This document shows, piece after piece, positions 49,081 through 62,305 of a stretch of 64,000 nt of DNA; the first letter of the stretch is position 1; each line of letters opens with the position of its first letter. The DNA lies in NCBI GenBank assembly GCA_963701855.1, contig CAVPBK010000004.1, positions 64,001 through 128,000 on the forward strand, read 5' to 3'. Both the position numbers and the translations under genes were made by a program. This DNA is from Nitrospirota bacterium (GTDB taxonomy: Bacteria; Nitrospirota; Nitrospiria; Nitrospirales; Nitrospiraceae). The notes beneath the pieces were generated by a model, which was not told where the DNA came from, did not search any database, and saw nothing but the letters and a program-made list of their open reading frames with translations.

Positions 49081-49173
49081 TCGTGAGAGGTGAAACGTGA
49101 ACCGTGAAACGCATGAGAAGAAACAGTTTGCTCTGAATTTCAACATCTCACCTTTCACGTTTTACCTTTTACG
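49081..49173. repeat. Heptamer palindromic array overlapping the nusB 3' end
   Basis: CGTGAGA/GGTGAAA/CGTGAAC/CGTGAAA facing TCTCACC/TTTCACG/TTTTACC/TTTTACG. Confidence 0.8.
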
Positions 49174-49604
49174 TCTGCAGCTTCGGCCCGTTTGGTGGCC
49201 AGCGTCAATTCCTTGCCCAGGACTTGATCCAAAATGCCATTCACGAACTTCGACGCGTCGTCGTCGCCGAAACTTTTTGCCAATTCGATGGCTTCATTCA
49301 CTGTCACCTTGGCCGGCACGTCATCCATCCACAGCAGTTCATACACGCCGGCACGCAGGATATTGCGGTCCACGATCGGCATGCGGCTGACTTTCCAATT
49401 GGTGGCGTATTTCCCAATGAGGGTATCCAACTCTTTCTTCTTTTCCAACACCCCGGCCACGAGCCGTTCAGCAAAGGCCTTCACCTCATCCGTGGCCTCA
49501 TTCTCCTTCCAGAACATATCCAACCACAGGCCCGGCTTGCCGTGGATATCGTACTGAAACAGAATCTGGAGCGCGCGCTCCCTGGCATGATGGCGTGATC
49601 CCAT
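49155..49604 (-). CDS. nusB: Transcription antitermination factor NusB
   Basis: [35 protein letters not shown]. Confidence 0.95.
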   Translation of the reverse strand: MGSRHHARERALQILFQYDIHGKPGLWLDMFWKENEATDEVKAFAERLVAGVLEKKKELDTLIGKYATNWKVSRMPIVDRNILRAGVYELLWMDDVPAKVTVNEAIELAKSFGDDDASKFVNGILDQVLGKELTLATKRAEAADVKGKT

Positions 49605-49611
49605 AACTAGG

Positions 49612-50157
49612 TTAAGCCTTGCGCTTTCGCGATGCCCGCTTCTTGGCTCTTCGGACTCGCGGAACTTTAGCGCTCGGCGGAGCCTCCTCACCTGCCCGTA
49701 AAAGACGCATGACCGTCGCCATTTCGATCGCGGACCTGGCCGCCTCCCCGCCGCGGTTGAACTTAGTCGGATCGGATCGCTCGATCGCCTGCGCGATCGT
49801 ATGTGTCGTCAGCACGCCGAAAATAATCGGCACATCGGCATCCAGCGCCGCCTGCCCGATGCCACGGCTTACCTCTGCGCTAATGTAATCGAAATGCGGT
49901 GTGTCGCCACGAATAACCGCCCCGAGACAAATCACCGCATCGAACCGCTTCGTCCGTGCCATCGTCCGAGCCGCCAAGGGAATCTCGAATGCCCCAGGCA
50001 CCCGCACCGCTTCGATATCGTCGGCCTTGGCCCCGTGTTTGGACAACCCCTCAACGCAAGAACTCAGCAACTTGCTCGTGACGAACTTGTTGAACCGGGC
50101 GACAACAATCCCGAACCGCAACCCCGTCGCATCCTGAGACCCTTTTCGCAGTTTCAT
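49612..50157 (-). CDS. ribH: 6,7-dimethyl-8-ribityllumazine synthase
   Basis: [31 protein letters not shown]. Confidence 0.96.
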   Translation of the reverse strand: MKLRKGSQDATGLRFGIVVARFNKFVTSKLLSSCVEGLSKHGAKADDIEAVRVPGAFEIPLAARTMARTKRFDAVICLGAVIRGDTPHFDYISAEVSRGIGQAALDADVPIIFGVLTTHTIAQAIERSDPTKFNRGGEAARSAIEMATVMRLLRAGEEAPPSAKVPRVRRAKKRASRKRKA

Positions 50158-50197
50158 GTACTAACAGTCACCTTCCACTCAGCTATTATGTTCTCAT

Positions 50198-50366
50198 CAG
50201 GCTGCTCAAAATGGTCATCCGGCGAGGCCGCAGTGGAGAAACGACCGGAGGCGTACCCGTTCTCACCCCCCCTCCCCGAGCTGCTAAGACAGCTCTCTCC
50301 CCGTGTGGGGTACGTTGAGGATCGTTTCGAGCCGAGAACGAAGCTGGGGGCCATTTTCAGCAACCG
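50198..50366. mobile_element. MITE-like repeat family A with a distinct central insert
   Basis: CAGGCTGCTCAAAATGG...CCATTTTCAGCAACCG; GAGGCGTACCC[insert]GGGTACGTTGAGGATC. Confidence 0.75.
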
Positions 50367-51584
50367 TTATACCTTTTTCAGAATGTGCCCCATTTTATTC
50401 TTTTTCGTGCGCAAGTACTTCACGTTCGCCGCACGCGGCTGGATCTCGATCGGTACACGTTCGACGACTTGCAGCCCATACCCCTCGATGCCGACAATCT
50501 TGCGGGGATTGTTTGTAATGAGCTTGATCTGGTGCAGTCCGAGATTGACGAGAATCTGCGCCCCCACGCCGTAATCGCGCAGGTCTGCCTTGAATCCCAG
50601 TTTCAAATTTGCTTCGACCGTATCGCTTCCCTCATCTTGCAACCCATAGGCTCTGATCTTATTGAGCAATCCAATGCCGCGCCCTTCTTGATTGAGATAG
50701 AGCAGGACTCCGCGACCTTCCTTCTGAATCACTTCCATCGCCTTATGGAGCTGGTCTCGACAATCGCACCGCAACGAACCCAGAGCGTCGGCCGTCAAAC
50801 ACCCTGAGTGCACCCGCACCAGGGTAGGATCGCCTCCCTCCACACGCCCCTTCACCAACGCAATGTGCGTGACCCCGTCCAATTCGTTTTCGAAGGCCAC
50901 CGCTTCAAAATCGCCGAACATCGTCGGCAGCCGCGCGCTGGCCATCCGCCGCACAAAGGGCTCGCGCTGCATACGGTATTCGATGAGCGCCTTGATCGTG
51001 ACCATCGTCAACTTGTGCGCTTTTGCAAACTGCGTCAGCTCGGGAACACGCGCCATGGTGCCGTCCTCGTTCATGATTTCGCAGATCACCCCGGCTGGAG
51101 TGAGCCCGGCCAACCGTGCCAGATCTACAGACCCTTCTGTTTGCCCCGCCCGCTTCAACACACCGCCCTGCTGCGCTTTCAAGGGGAAAATATGGCCGGG
51201 CCTCGCCAGGTCGGCAGGCTTGGACTTGGGATTGATCGCCACATGAATCGTCGTGGCCCGATCCGCCGCAGAGATACCGGTCGTAATATCTTTCCGAGCA
51301 TCGATAGAGACAGTGAAGGCCGTGCCGAAGGTGGCGGTGTTCTCCACCGCCTGTTGCGGAAGGTGGAGTTCTTCGACACGCTGGGGCGTCAATGTGAGAC
51401 AGATCAGCCCACGGGCATGTCGGGCCATGAAATTGACGGCCTGGGGCGTCACGTGTTGCGCTGCCATGACAAGATCGCCTTCATTCTCGCGATCCTCATC
51501 ATCGACGAGGATGACAAACTTCCCCTTCTTGATGTCCCGAATGGCGTCTTCGATGTTCTGAAATGGCGTGGCCGTGATTCCCAT
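50367..51584 (-). CDS. ribBA: Bifunctional DHBP synthase/GTP cyclohydrolase II
   Basis: [24 protein letters not shown]...[17 protein letters not shown]. Confidence 0.97.
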   Translation of the reverse strand: MGITATPFQNIEDAIRDIKKGKFVILVDDEDRENEGDLVMAAQHVTPQAVNFMARHARGLICLTLTPQRVEELHLPQQAVENTATFGTAFTVSIDARKDITTGISAADRATTIHVAINPKSKPADLARPGHIFPLKAQQGGVLKRAGQTEGSVDLARLAGLTPAGVICEIMNEDGTMARVPELTQFAKAHKLTMVTIKALIEYRMQREPFVRRMASARLPTMFGDFEAVAFENELDGVTHIALVKGRVEGGDPTLVRVHSGCLTADALGSLRCDCRDQLHKAMEVIQKEGRGVLLYLNQEGRGIGLLNKIRAYGLQDEGSDTVEANLKLGFKADLRDYGVGAQILVNLGLHQIKLITNNPRKIVGIEGYGLQVVERVPIEIQPRAANVKYLRTKKNKMGHILKKV

Positions 51585-51688
51585 AATGTTGAATATTCAA
51601 TGATGAGTGTTCAATGGACGGTCAATTTATCATTTAACATTACATATGTAACATTGTTTTTTCGCCCGACTGTCAACGGTGAAATTGA

Positions 51689-52888
51689 TCAGGAGGAGGG
51701 CCCTGCCAGAGAGGCCGTCCGAGCCCGCAACGCAACGAGCACCGTTCCCCAGGCGCAGACCCCAAATCCTGCGAAGAGCCAGAGACCCAGGTCATAGCTC
51801 CCAGTGAACCCCTTCAAGGTTCCAGCGACAATGGGCAGGAGAAATCCCCCAAAACCACCGGCTGCCCCCACTACACCCGATGCGAGACCGATGTCTTTCG
51901 GGAACCATTCGGCAACTAACTGGAAGACCACACCGTTCCCAAATCCCATCGCACCGGTCGCGATCACCATCATGGCCACGGCCATGGGTAGCGAGGGACT
52001 CGTCACCGCCACGACTGAACCGACGACGATCGGCAACACATAATAAAGGATACGGAGACCACCCTGCCGATCCGCAAGGTAGCCACCCACCGGACGAATC
52101 AGACTGCCGAAAAGTCCGCATAACGCTGCGACGGTCCCAGCCATGACCGCGTCCAGCTGATACAGATCGTGCAACAGCAGCGGCAGCAGGCTGCAGAATC
52201 CGACAAAGCCACCGAACGTAACGGCATACAAAAAACAAAGCCAGTAGGCGGTTCTGCGGCGGATGAGGTCTGCCACATTGTGCCACCACTCTACGCGATG
52301 GAGCTCCACTCTCGGTTGTTCCCGCGGGACGAGAAGAGCGAACAGAACCAGCGTGACTCCTACGATACCAGCCATCACTGCACAGACGTGATGCCAATCC
52401 ATCACGGCAGCCCAGCGCGGCGCAAGAAACAGGATCAGCACGGTACCCACGTTCGCTGATGCAGCCAGACCCAACACGAACCCCTGCGCAGTCGGCGGAT
52501 AGGCTCGCCCGGCAATCGGCAGCGACACGGCGAAACTCGCGCCGGCGACGCCAAGAAGCAGCGCAAAGACCAACGCTTCGTGATATCCGGACACGCCCAG
52601 CCATCCCCACAGCAAGGCAGCTAATTCCGCAAGAAGGATCACCAGTGCGGTGGGCCGTGCGCCCACCCAGTCGGCGCTCCATCCCGCCAGCAGTCTGAGT
52701 CCTGCACCACCGAGCAGAGGCAGTGCCACCAGCCACGCCACTTGCTGATCGCTCAGTTGCAGGTCGCGGGCAAGCGAAATGCTCATGGCGCCGATCAGCA
52801 GCCAGACCATGAAGCTGACAGTCAAATGCAACCAGGCTCCAGCCAAGGATGGCCAATGCCCGCTTCGTAGTGCTGTCAGAATCGCCAT
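51689..52888 (-). CDS. MFS transporter, NarK/NasA nitrate-nitrite porter-like
   Basis: About 12 TM; GASFAVSLP, YAVTFGGFVG, RPVGGYLAD, GFGNGVVFQ, GAAGGFGGF. Confidence 0.82.
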   Translation of the reverse strand: MAILTALRSGHWPSLAGAWLHLTVSFMVWLLIGAMSISLARDLQLSDQQVAWLVALPLLGGAGLRLLAGWSADWVGARPTALVILLAELAALLWGWLGVSGYHEALVFALLLGVAGASFAVSLPIAGRAYPPTAQGFVLGLAASANVGTVLILFLAPRWAAVMDWHHVCAVMAGIVGVTLVLFALLVPREQPRVELHRVEWWHNVADLIRRRTAYWLCFLYAVTFGGFVGFCSLLPLLLHDLYQLDAVMAGTVAALCGLFGSLIRPVGGYLADRQGGLRILYYVLPIVVGSVVAVTSPSLPMAVAMMVIATGAMGFGNGVVFQLVAEWFPKDIGLASGVVGAAGGFGGFLLPIVAGTLKGFTGSYDLGLWLFAGFGVCAWGTVLVALRARTASLAGPSS

Positions 52889-53068
52889 GTCTCTTTCCGG
52901 TCTATCCTGTCCGGCTTGTCTGTTCGATCCGTGCCCTTAGCCATACATTATTGACCATGAGCTCTTTGCTCGCACGGAAGACGACATCATAGGGGACGCC
53001 GTTTCGTCCGCGCAAGGGAACAAGAAAGCAGGCCGAGGACTTTTTGAGCACCCAGGCTAGGGGCGCTT

Positions 53069-54085
53069 ATGATAATCTCAACCTCCATGAGCCCGCGCAA
53101 GAAGGATCTCGACGTAGAACCGATCGAACCGGAGGTCTTGGACCCGTCCGAAGAACAGCTCGCCGAGATCAGTCCGCCTCCTGAAGTATCTCCCCTTGCA
53201 GCCCTGGAACATTCTCATGCCGCCGATACCACAGCCGTGGTGCCGGTCACGGCGCTCCAACAATATTTGGCCGAGGTCCGTCTCCATCCCTATCTCTCCA
53301 AAGAAGAAGAGCTGCGCCTGTTCCACGAATATCGAACGTACGGGAACCGCGACGCCGCCGTGAAGCTCATTATGGCCAACCTGCGCGTGTCCATCTCGAT
53401 TGCCGCTGAATATCTCCACACCGGCGCCGACCATATGGACCTCATTCAAGAAGGCAACGTCGGGCTGATGCATGCCATCAAGAAGTTCGACCCTTCGAAG
53501 AACGTGCGCTTTTACGCCTATGCCGCCTGGTGGTCGCGGGCCTATATCCTTCGCTACTTACTGAACAACTATCGCCTGGTCAAGATCGGGACGACCCAAG
53601 ACCAACGGAAGCTGTTCTACAACCTCAAAAGAGAGAAGGCCAAGCTTGAACGGGAGGGGTTTGCTCCAGACACGAAGTTGCTTGCCGACCGCTTGAACGT
53701 ACGGGAGCGTGACGTCATCGAGATGGGGCAGCGGCTGGGTAATTGGGAGCTTTCGCTGGACCAGCCGCTCGGCGAAGACCAGGAAGGAAGCCTGCTCGAT
53801 GTGCTTCCCTCTCAGCAGGTTCCGGCAGACGAGCAGCTTGCTCAAACCCAACTGCAGACACTCTTTCGTGCCAAGCTTGCCGAATTTGTCAAAACGCTCG
53901 ACGAACGGGACGAAGACATCTTACGGAATCGAATTCTCTCAGAAACCCCATTGACCCTAGAAGACCTCGGCTCCAAATACTCCATTACCAAAGAACGAAC
54001 CAGGCAACTAGAAGCCCGTATCATCAAGCGCTTGCGCGACTACGTCAAGAAAGATATCAAAGATTTCGACCACTTGCGGATCTGA
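53069..54085 (+). CDS. rpoH: RNA polymerase sigma-32 family factor
   Basis: DLIQEGNVGL, RpoH box QRKLFYNLK, ERTRQLE; directly upstream of groES. Confidence 0.88.
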   Translation: MIISTSMSPRKKDLDVEPIEPEVLDPSEEQLAEISPPPEVSPLAALEHSHAADTTAVVPVTALQQYLAEVRLHPYLSKEEELRLFHEYRTYGNRDAAVKLIMANLRVSISIAAEYLHTGADHMDLIQEGNVGLMHAIKKFDPSKNVRFYAYAAWWSRAYILRYLLNNYRLVKIGTTQDQRKLFYNLKREKAKLEREGFAPDTKLLADRLNVRERDVIEMGQRLGNWELSLDQPLGEDQEGSLLDVLPSQQVPADEQLAQTQLQTLFRAKLAEFVKTLDERDEDILRNRILSETPLTLEDLGSKYSITKERTRQLEARIIKRLRDYVKKDIKDFDHLRI

Positions 54086-54097
54086 CTTCGCTGCTGC

Positions 54098-54128
54098 CCG
54101 TGAAAATAAATCCTGAAATGCCCCATTC
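54098..54128 (+). promoter_or_regulatory. Putative sigma-32 promoter for groESL
   Basis: CCGTGAAA-N15-CCCCATTC resembles the sigma-32 consensus CTTGAAA-N13-15-CCCCATnT. Confidence 0.55.
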
Positions 54129-54346
54129 TCAATTAGTTATGATTCCCCAGTCCCTGTTATGAATGTGCGTGGAAGAATTTCGTTGCTGCCCCCCCTTGAC
54201 TTGGACAAACACGAGGCTATCTCGAATCCCGTGCCCAGGGATCAGGACTTCTGCTCGTTCTGGAGTACCACCGTTACCCCATCGAGTCCGAACCTGTTCT
54301 ACATCGTTGATATTCACTGGTTTAACTTCATGAGGAGGGTGTTGCT

Positions 54347-54655
54347 ATGAGCACTGCAGCCAAGGAGAAGACAGAGAAAAAGAACTTAGCCAAGGGGTTC
54401 CAGCCTCTGGGTGACCGGGTATTCGTCACCTACACCGAGGAATTGGACCGGACCTCCGGCGGGATTTACGTGCCGGACAGCGCGAAAGAGAAGCCACAAC
54501 GAGGGATCGTCCAAGCCATCGGCAAGAAGGTTGAGCATGTGAAAGTCGGCGACCAGGTTCTGTTCGACAAATATTCCGGCAGCAAGCTCCGGATCGAAGA
54601 CGAAGAATGCTTGATCCTCAAGGAAGAAGACATCCTCGGGGTCTTCACAAGCTAA
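54347..54655 (+). CDS. groES: Co-chaperonin GroES
   Basis: PLGDRV, GGIYVPDSAKEKP, VKVGDQVLF; AGGAGG RBS. Confidence 0.96.
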   Translation: MSTAAKEKTEKKNLAKGFQPLGDRVFVTYTEELDRTSGGIYVPDSAKEKPQRGIVQAIGKKVEHVKVGDQVLFDKYSGSKLRIEDEECLILKEEDILGVFTS

Positions 54656-54699
54656 TCACCTCACCTACACACATTACGAAGACGATAATATTACTATAA

Positions 54700-56837
<2,138 letters not shown>

Positions 56838-58118
56838 GATATTGATAAATTTCAGCCAGCCATTGGAAAGGTCCGGAGAAACGTCAAGGATCTAGGGCTC
56901 CCTCCGCCTGATTCGAAGGAATTCATCTTTCTTGCCCGCCGTGTCGGATACATGACCGATGGCTGGCAATGGGGCACAGCATTTGCCGACTGATATCGAG
57001 TCGCATATGAAAACGGCGAAGCAGTTCCTCGAGAGGAATCGTCGATGAGCCTAGGATGAAGAATGCCCCTCGCGTAATCGAATACGGCGAGTGCTCCTCT
57101 CTCGTGAATCAGGCCGCGATAGTGGCTGCGGCCTGCACCTAAAAGAAAGGCGGCCTGGCGCCGGAAGGCCTCAGCCGTTGACACAAGCGAATACTGACTC
57201 TCCCTACTCGACCACGCACCATCAGGTTTCTTTGTCTTCGTTAAACCTCACGTGAATGGATTTGCTCGCTCTCGTCTTGGCCATATCCTTTACGATTCGA
57301 TCCCGCGTTGCTCATGCCCCAGGTGATCACCAGCACAAGCCCCACAGTGATTAGCGAAACTTAGATTGTTGCGAAAATTAAGGTATGGCCCATGTTTGTG
57401 CCCTTCCTTTCTTCTCCCTCATATTGTAGTCTTGCCAGGTCTCATCAGCACCAGCTCCTCGAACCCTGCGATATTCATTAGATACCTACACCAATCCATG
57501 CGTCCTCGGTGCGCTGGTAGAGTCATATCGGAACCTCTGTTTCATTCAGAAGCCCATCATTATTTATCCAGAGGCCATATAGCTACTCAGTTGGCAACCC
57601 GCTCTCCAGCGCGCAGCCGAACCTCATTCAATAATCACTTTTCTGCAACCATCCCCATGCCATAGCCAAAACTCCTACCGAACAGACGTACACGAGCCAT
57701 TGATCAACCAGGCAGCCATCAGGTTGTTCCTCCTTCCAGGAAACATTTGCAATCCTTCCTCACCTGAAGTGATGAGTTGAATTGTGCGTGCGACCCTACT
57801 TTGCGCATAGGCCGTGCCAGTCTAACTCTTTTCAATCGCTCGGTCACAATTCATTGGAATGTTGTGCCTCCTTGTCGAGCTGGAGATGGTGCTGATTCAA
57901 ATACACCCAATAGACTGACTATTGTCTCGAATCTCGAAGCCTGCTATCTTTGCATCGATTCTGCTCTTGTTGGTATCTCACCCTTCCCTGGCGGAGAACA
58001 ACCCTGCGGATATTGCTTGCATTCTCTTTGCGCCTCCCTTACTTGAAACGCGATCAGACAGGGACATCTACATCGTCTCTCCCGGGCGCTTGTCACGAAA
58101 TATGCCTCTCTGTTACCA

Positions 58119-59957
58119 GTGAAGGCTTCGATCAGACGATTTCAGGTCGCAGGGCTGCATTTTCCAGAGATAGAGAAAGAGGAAGTAGGACAGTTGACAC
58201 ATAAGGCACAACTGCTGCTTGATAGACCCTGGTGGTCGGGAACCGTGCTTCCCCTGGCGTTGCTCTTGTCTTTTGCAATCGCAGTAGGGGTGGGACTCTA
58301 TACATTGACTTCTTTGAGAGCTGTGCTGGTCCAGGAGAGGGGGACAGATCTCGGCAGGACCGCGGCCAGGGTCGCAAACACACTGGATCGGGTGTTGTTT
58401 GAGCGGTTCATCGATATCCAGGTATTTGCAAATGACAGAATTCTCTTCGAGGGAAAGCAGGAGGAGAAGACCCAGAGGTTACTGCAGTATAAGAAGCTGT
58501 ACTGGTACTACTCCTGGGTTGGGGTGACCGATGCAGCCGGTCGAATCGTTGTGGCAACTCAGTCGTTTGCCGGGCCGGAGACAGGTGGAATGATAGAGAC
58601 AGAGCGTGCGGCAGATGGTCGCGTGGGTTTCAAGCAACCGGATTGGTTTACGATGGTGAGACAAACAGGGCGGGTCTATCTGGAGGGAGCCCGGGTTTCA
58701 CCGGAGTCAGAGGGCATGATGGCTGTGGGCTTCTCGGCTCCCATCTATGGGCCACAAGGAGACTTTCGCGGAGTGGTGACGACCCGTGTTCCGATTGAAA
58801 ATCTCCGGGCCATTCTTGAGGAGGAAGGGAAACTCCCAAATGGAGAAGACACTCACGACTGGTTGCTGCTGGACCGTCAAGGAGCGGTGATCATCGAAAA
58901 GAGCCAAATGAGCGGTATGGACAGCAGGCTGCCGAAGGTGGAGCTGCTTTCCGCAAGAAGAGCCGCTGAAGATCGTGGGAGGCCGGGCTTTGTAGAGGAA
59001 CTGCATCAGCGACGGCAGATTCCTGTGGTGACCGGCTTTGCCAGGACACAAGGCTACAGCAACTTTCCGGGATTCGACTGGACCGTGTTGGTTCGATTGG
59101 ACCGTGAGCATGTCCAGGCTCCGATCAACCGGCTCATGTGGACCGTCGTCGGCGTGGGGCTCCTGCTCGTCACGCCGTTGGCTGGCTTCGGCGTGTGGGC
59201 GTCATGGAGACTGGTTCGCGATAACCGCGATCTGGCTCTGTCGCGGAAAGCCTTGGAAGTGTCCATCGCTGAGCTGGCTCGCTCCAATGCCGACTTGCAG
59301 CAGTTTGCGTATGTAGCCTCGCACGACCTGAAGGAGCCGCTGCGGATGGTCGCCAGTTATACACAGCTCTTGGCGAGGCGTTACAAAGGCAAACTCGATT
59401 CCGATGCCGACGAGTTCATCAGATATGCCGTAGATGGAGCCAACCGCATGCAATGGCTGATCAATGACCTCCTGGCGTACTCACGTGTGACCGTGCAGGA
59501 CAAAGTGTCTGAAGAGGTGGATTGCAATAGCGTGCTGGAAGAGGTGCTGAGCGATTTACGGGTTGCAGTCGAGGAGAGCCGGGCGGTCGTAACCCGCGCC
59601 CCCCTCCCCACAGTGATGGCGGACAGAATACAACTGGGACAGCTCTTTCAGAACCTGATCGGCAATGCCATCAAGTTCCACGGGAAGGAGCCTCCACAGG
59701 TTCATGTGTCGGCTGAACGCCGGCCCACTGAATGGTTGTTTTCGGTCCGCGACAACGGCGTCGGGCTGGACCCCGAGTATGCCGAGCGAATCTTTGTCAT
59801 TTTTCAACGATTGCACAATCGAGAAGAATATCCCGGCACCGGCATCGGTCTGGCGATATGCAAAAAGATTGTTGAACGCCATGGCGGACGAATCTGGGTA
59901 GTATCCCAGACGGACCAAGGAGCAACTTTTCATTTCACTCTGCCGATAATCGGCTAG
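58119..59957 (+). CDS. Membrane sensor histidine kinase (Cache-like sensor, HisKA, HATPase)
   Basis: Two TM segments, FAYVASHDLKEPLR H-box, NLIGNAIKF, DNGVG, GTGIGLAIC. Confidence 0.93.
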   Translation: MKASIRRFQVAGLHFPEIEKEEVGQLTHKAQLLLDRPWWSGTVLPLALLLSFAIAVGVGLYTLTSLRAVLVQERGTDLGRTAARVANTLDRVLFERFIDIQVFANDRILFEGKQEEKTQRLLQYKKLYWYYSWVGVTDAAGRIVVATQSFAGPETGGMIETERAADGRVGFKQPDWFTMVRQTGRVYLEGARVSPESEGMMAVGFSAPIYGPQGDFRGVVTTRVPIENLRAILEEEGKLPNGEDTHDWLLLDRQGAVIIEKSQMSGMDSRLPKVELLSARRAAEDRGRPGFVEELHQRRQIPVVTGFARTQGYSNFPGFDWTVLVRLDREHVQAPINRLMWTVVGVGLLLVTPLAGFGVWASWRLVRDNRDLALSRKALEVSIAELARSNADLQQFAYVASHDLKEPLRMVASYTQLLARRYKGKLDSDADEFIRYAVDGANRMQWLINDLLAYSRVTVQDKVSEEVDCNSVLEEVLSDLRVAVEESRAVVTRAPLPTVMADRIQLGQLFQNLIGNAIKFHGKEPPQVHVSAERRPTEWLFSVRDNGVGLDPEYAERIFVIFQRLHNREEYPGTGIGLAICKKIVERHGGRIWVVSQTDQGATFHFTLPIIG

Positions 59958-60035
59958 AGCCGACATGATCGTGATGCTTGAATCGATCCGTAGGGATCAT
60001 CCTTCACGGACGATTTTCACGCAAGGAGACATCAT

Positions 60036-60482
60036 ATGCACACTTCCAAGAATGTCAAACCAGTGCAGATACTCTTAGTGGAAGACAATCCCGGCGATGT
60101 CGGTCTGACGCTTGAGGCCCTCAAAGAGGCCACTCTGCCCAACAAGCTTACGGTCGTCAAAACCGGTATAGAAGCCTTGTTGTTGTTGCGCCGGCAAGGG
60201 CAGTACGCAGGCGCTCCACGACCTGATCTCATCCTGCTCGACCTCAACCTTCCCAAGAAAGACGGACGAAAGGTGCTGGCTGAGATCAAGACCGACGAGA
60301 ATCTGAAACGCATCCCCGTAGTCATTCTCACGACGTCGGAGGATGAAAGAGACGTCTTGGAGAGCTACAACCTCCACGCGAACTGCTACATTGTCAAGCC
60401 GCTGGATTTGGACCGGTTCATCACGGTGATAAAAACGATTGAGGACTTCTGGCTCAGGATCGTGGTGCTGCCGAAGAAGTGA
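60036..60482 (+). CDS. Single-domain response regulator (Rcp1-like)
   Basis: [30 protein letters not shown]. Confidence 0.94.
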   Translation: MHTSKNVKPVQILLVEDNPGDVGLTLEALKEATLPNKLTVVKTGIEALLLLRRQGQYAGAPRPDLILLDLNLPKKDGRKVLAEIKTDENLKRIPVVILTTSEDERDVLESYNLHANCYIVKPLDLDRFITVIKTIEDFWLRIVVLPKK

Positions 60483-60494
60483 AAGAGCATTTGA

Positions 60495-62238
60495 CTATTT
60501 CGCCGGCTTTCGCCCGATCAGCTGGAAGGTTTTTTTGAGCAGGGCAGAGGTTTTCGGCGTTTCGAAGAGCGAACGAAAAATGTCGTGAACGAGGGTGGTA
60601 TGGCCGGCAAGATCGGCTTGAAATTGCTTCACAGCGATCGGACGATCGGCTCTGTCATAGCCCATGCGGATGGCGCAACGTTCTAATTCCATCTGCTGAT
60701 CCGGGAGCGCATGCGTCTGTAGATCGTGCACCATCTGGAGTTTGTGCTCCACGTCTCGGAGAAACTGATAGGCACGGGTCAGATCGGTCCGTTGTACTCT
60801 TGACAGAATACCGGCCCTCTGAAGCCGCACCAACGAATCGAGAGTGCCCCGGCCCAGAATTCCAGGCAGCCGCTGGCCGGCCAGCACTTGGATCGTTTGG
60901 ACGAGAAACTCGATTTCCCTGATCCCGCCGACACCGAGCTTGACGTTGCGTTGTTCATGTCCGCGCTCTGCCATCTTCGCGTCAATCCGCTCCTTGACCA
61001 ATCGGACCTCCTCCACGATCGCGAGCCCCTGTTCGACATCCGGGCGTTTCGATGAGGGCGCCAGCACAAAGGGCCGCACCATCTTGATGAACGATTTCCC
61101 GACCTCCTGCGACCCGGCGATGGGCCAGGCCTTCAGCAAGGCCAACCGTTCCCACACTTGTCCTCTCGTCCGATAGTACTTGGCATAGTCCTCAAGCGAG
61201 CGAGTGAGCTGCCCCACCGATCCCTCCGCCCGCAAACGGAGGTCCACGCGATAGACGTATCCTTCATGGGTCTGCGCGGTCAGCGCCCTCGTCAGCTCCC
61301 GCGCGAGAATTTCAAAGTATTCTTCATTGGATAACCCGCGCTGCTCAGAGCTCTGTGCCTTCCTGCGTCCGGATGCGGCCGGCCTGGTTTCTCCCTCATG
61401 GGACTCACAGACATAGAACACATCTACGTCGGAGCTGTAATTGAGCTCGTGTCCACCCAGCTTCCCCATCGCAATGACGGTGAAGCCCGTCTCCACCCAT
61501 CGCCTCTGCCGATTCTTGTGCATGGGAATGCCGTGCCGGGTCCGTAGATCGCTATCCACAATGCGATAGGCGGCATGGATAGAGACCGCGGCCAGGTCCG
61601 AGAGAGAGGCGGTTGTTTCCACCACATCGGCTAATCGGAGGAGGTCGCGCACGCCGATGCGTAACATCTCTCGACGATGGAATCGTCTGAGCGCATCCAA
61701 CTTGAGTTCCGTGGCGACGACATTCTCCAAGCTTTGCCGGATCGTGCGTTCCATCCCCGCCCTGGTCGGAGCAGTGGACAGCACATTCTGTTGGGCCAGC
61801 CAGTACAGCAGCAGGGGATCGCGGACGAGGGTAAAGGCAAGCGCGTCGCTGTTCCCAAAAATCGTGCACACCAGATCCAGCATGCGGGGAGCGCTGCGCA
61901 GGTATTCCAACACGGCCGACCGGCTGACTCCGCTTGCAAGCCAGCGTTCCCAATGATTCAACGCCTGATCGGGGTCGGCGGTCCGCCCAATGGCCTCAAG
62001 CAATGCAGGCAGGATGTCTGCCAACTGATGCCGCTGGTGTGAGTCGCCAGCCATCGACTGCAGATTCGCATCGGCATCCTGAATGCGGTGGAGTCCGTAC
62101 GGTTGAAGAATCGCTTCAAGTCGGGCCGGTTCCAGCTCAGGCGCTAAGAGGATCGGAGTCGGATCAGGACGAGCAGCCCACTCAAGCTTCGGAACGGCAC
62201 AATAGCTGCGGCACGGGCTTCTTGGGGCGAGTGGTCAT
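60495..62238 (-). CDS. glnE: GlnE-like adenylyltransferase, single-domain form (frameshift near the start)
   Basis: MGKLGGHELNYSSDVD, VDLRLR, WERLALLK, NVKLGVGGIREIEF; frame stays open upstream of 62054 to about 62230, with ATG at 62238 in another frame. Confidence 0.85.
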
Positions 62239-62305
62239 AGGGCGGGCATTATACGCACACCTTGACGCTCGCACAACGAACCCCGCTTCGGCTATACTCC
62301 GAGCC

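Noticed and set aside
54086..54346. CIRCE element upstream of groES
   Set aside because: No TTAGCACTC-N9-GAGTGCTAA match
56852..58122. Short ORFs in the spacer before the histidine kinase
   Set aside because: No recognisable motifs; 57922-58122 has a signal-like start but too little support to call
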